A DNA stretch of 64,000 bases, from positions 5,313-69,312 of the forward strand of contig CACXGE010000066.1 in assembly GCA_902767135.1 (NCBI GenBank), written 5' to 3'. The notes under the pieces are model-generated. The model did no database searches and was not told the origin of the DNA. It worked only from the letters and a program-made list of their open reading frames with translations. Below are positions 62,723 through 64,000 of this stretch, piece after piece. How positions within the stretch are numbered: the first letter of the stretch is position 1; the number at the start of each line of letters is the position of its first letter. This stretch comes from an uncultured Lachnospiraceae bacterium (GTDB lineage: Bacteria > Bacillota > Clostridia > Lachnospirales > Lachnospiraceae). The translations under genes and the position numbers were made by a program.

Positions 62723-64000
62723 TTATTCATCTAATTCATCTTCGATTAAATTGACTGATACCAAAGTAGAAATACCCTTTTCCTGCATGGTAATACCATA
62801 TAATCTGTCCGTTACCGCCATAGTACCTCGTCTATGTGTAATGATAATAAACTGCGTGTGATTTGTCAACTTGTGAAGATACTTTGCAAATTTATTCACG
62901 TTTGCCTCGTCCAATGCCGCTTCAATTTCATCCAGAAGACAAAACGGGGAAGGTTTTAGATTTTGAATTGCGAACAATAACGCAATGGCTGACATGGCTT
63001 TTTCCCCTCCGGATAACTGCATCATATTTTGCAGTTTCTTTCCTGGTGGCTGAGCGATGATTTTCACACCCGCTTCCAGAATATCTTCATCCTCCATCAA
63101 TTCCAAGGTTCCCTTTCCGCCGCCAAACAAGGACTTAAACACCTTATCAAATTCTATTTTGATTTCTTCAAACTTTTCTTTAAAGGTCTTTCTCATACCC
63201 TCGTCAAGTTCTGCAATAATTGCCTCTAAGTCTGCTTCTGCCTCCACAATATCATTTCTCTGGGTATTTAAAAATTCATAGCGCTCTGCCACTTCTTTGT
63301 ACTCTTCAATGGCATTCACGTTTACATCCCCTAATCTCTTTATTTCAGATTTTAAACCAGAAACCTTTGTTTTCAATTCCGACAGATTGTCCATTTCTTC
63401 GTTTCGCAGCTCGTATGCGCTATTGTAGGTAAGTTCATATTCTTCCCACATATAGGCCGACTGGGCTTCTTTACTTTCCTCTAACTTTTCCTTCTGGCTT
63501 TCCAAACGATAGGTTTCTTTGTCCAAATCACTGATTCGAACCGACAAAGCTTCCCGTTTTTCAAAGAATCCTTTTTGGGCTTTTGCAAGTTCTTCTTTCT
63601 CTTTCGAAAGGCTTTCTATCTGCTTTTCCTGTTGTTCCTTTTCTTTTTCCGACTGGGAAATTGCCTGCTCCAATGCCTGAATCTCCACCTTTTTATTTTC
63701 AATTTTTTCTTCGGTTTGAGATTCGTCCTGATTTAACTCATCCAGTTCTTCCTGGCAGCGTTTGATTTCTCCTCGAATACGCTGTTCATTCTGTGTGATA
63801 AATGCATCCTGCTGTTCAATATTAGATAATGACATTTCTGCACTTCTCACCTTTTCATCCAAGCCTTGTTCTAACGCTTTACGCTGGTTTAAAATTTCCA
63901 AATCCTCTTTTACCTGGTTTTCCAAAAGTTCCTGTTGTTTTTTTGCCTCTCGTAAGCCGGTTTCAAGACCTTCTTTACTTAAACGTATCTCTGAAATCTG
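62723..64000 (-). CDS. smc: Chromosome segregation protein SMC (C-terminal part; the gene continues past the right window edge)
   Basis: Long coiled-coil followed by the ABC signature LSGGEKAMSAIALLFAI and Walker B CLLDEIEAALD. The reading frame stays open to position 64000. Confidence 0.93.
   Translation of the reverse strand, partial: QISEIRLSKEGLETGLREAKKQQELLENQVKEDLEILNQRKALEQGLDEKVRSAEMSLSNIEQQDAFITQNEQRIRGEIKRCQEELDELNQDESQTEEKIENKKVEIQALEQAISQSEKEKEQQEKQIESLSKEKEELAKAQKGFFEKREALSVRISDLDKETYRLESQKEKLEESKEAQSAYMWEEYELTYNSAYELRNEEMDNLSELKTKVSGLKSEIKRLGDVNVNAIEEYKEVAERYEFLNTQRNDIVEAEADLEAIIAELDEGMRKTFKEKFEEIKIEFDKVFKSLFGGGKGTLELMEDEDILEAGVKIIAQPPGKKLQNMMQLSGGEKAMSAIALLFAIQNLKPSPFCLLDEIEAALDEANVNKFAKYLHKLTNHTQFIIITHRRGTMAVTDRLYGITMQEKGISTLVSVNLIEDELDE

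Noticed and set aside
1-64000. tRNA or rRNA genes, CRISPR arrays, transposases, integrases, phage genes, toxin-antitoxin pairs or known defence systems.
   Set aside because: No intergenic region contains tRNA-like arms (for example GGTTCGAATCC-type T-loops) or regularly spaced direct repeats. No ORF shows DDE, tyrosine or serine recombinase motifs or nuclease/defence-type motifs.

Overview
The window looks like chromosomal DNA from a low-GC Gram-positive anaerobe. Gene content (spmAB, an [FeFe]-hydrogenase, a Clostridial-style pil operon with fused pilMN) suggests Clostridia, possibly Lachnospiraceae-like, but that is inference only. Every convincing gene except aroC is on the minus strand. 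From left to right: a truncated HI0933-type flavoprotein; leuB-ilvD-ilvB-serC-serA; yajC, an amber-interrupted small ORF, and tgt; a CmpB-like membrane protein divergent from aroC; spmB and spmA. A roughly 25-kb accessory block follows (13.4-38.3 kb). It is a complete Gram-positive type IV pilus operon: pilB, pilC, two pilins, pilD, pilMN, pilO. The operon continues into four prepilin-like genes (463, 841, 184 and 610 aa) and two giant secreted proteins (2059 and 1434 aa), and no pilT is present in the window. After that come aroE, efp, a DUF5662-like gene, yqeG and an [FeFe]-hydrogenase. Next is an orphan glycan-modification cluster (FrhB-like Fe-S protein, three GT2 genes, a pyruvyl transferase), then a heterodimeric ABC exporter and citrate synthase. 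The right end holds aspartate kinase, metY, cysK, nagA, ilvA, ftsY and the 3' part of smc. I found no rRNA, tRNA, CRISPR array, transposase or integrase. The leads I rate highest are: (1) the pilus operon extended by oversized modular pilins and giant anchor-less proteins; (2) a roughly 130-nt three-hairpin intergenic repeat in three copies, with compensatory base-pair changes, two of which flank citrate synthase and one of which sits inside the pil operon; (3) a family of palindromic units built on GTAWCWGTTYAG at gene ends; (4) a textbook tandem MshEN c-di-GMP-binding motif in PilB; (5) several small features, namely an amber-interrupted ORF, a Cys/Met-rich 31-codon ORF upstream of metY, and a leader terminator just upstream of the ABC exporter.
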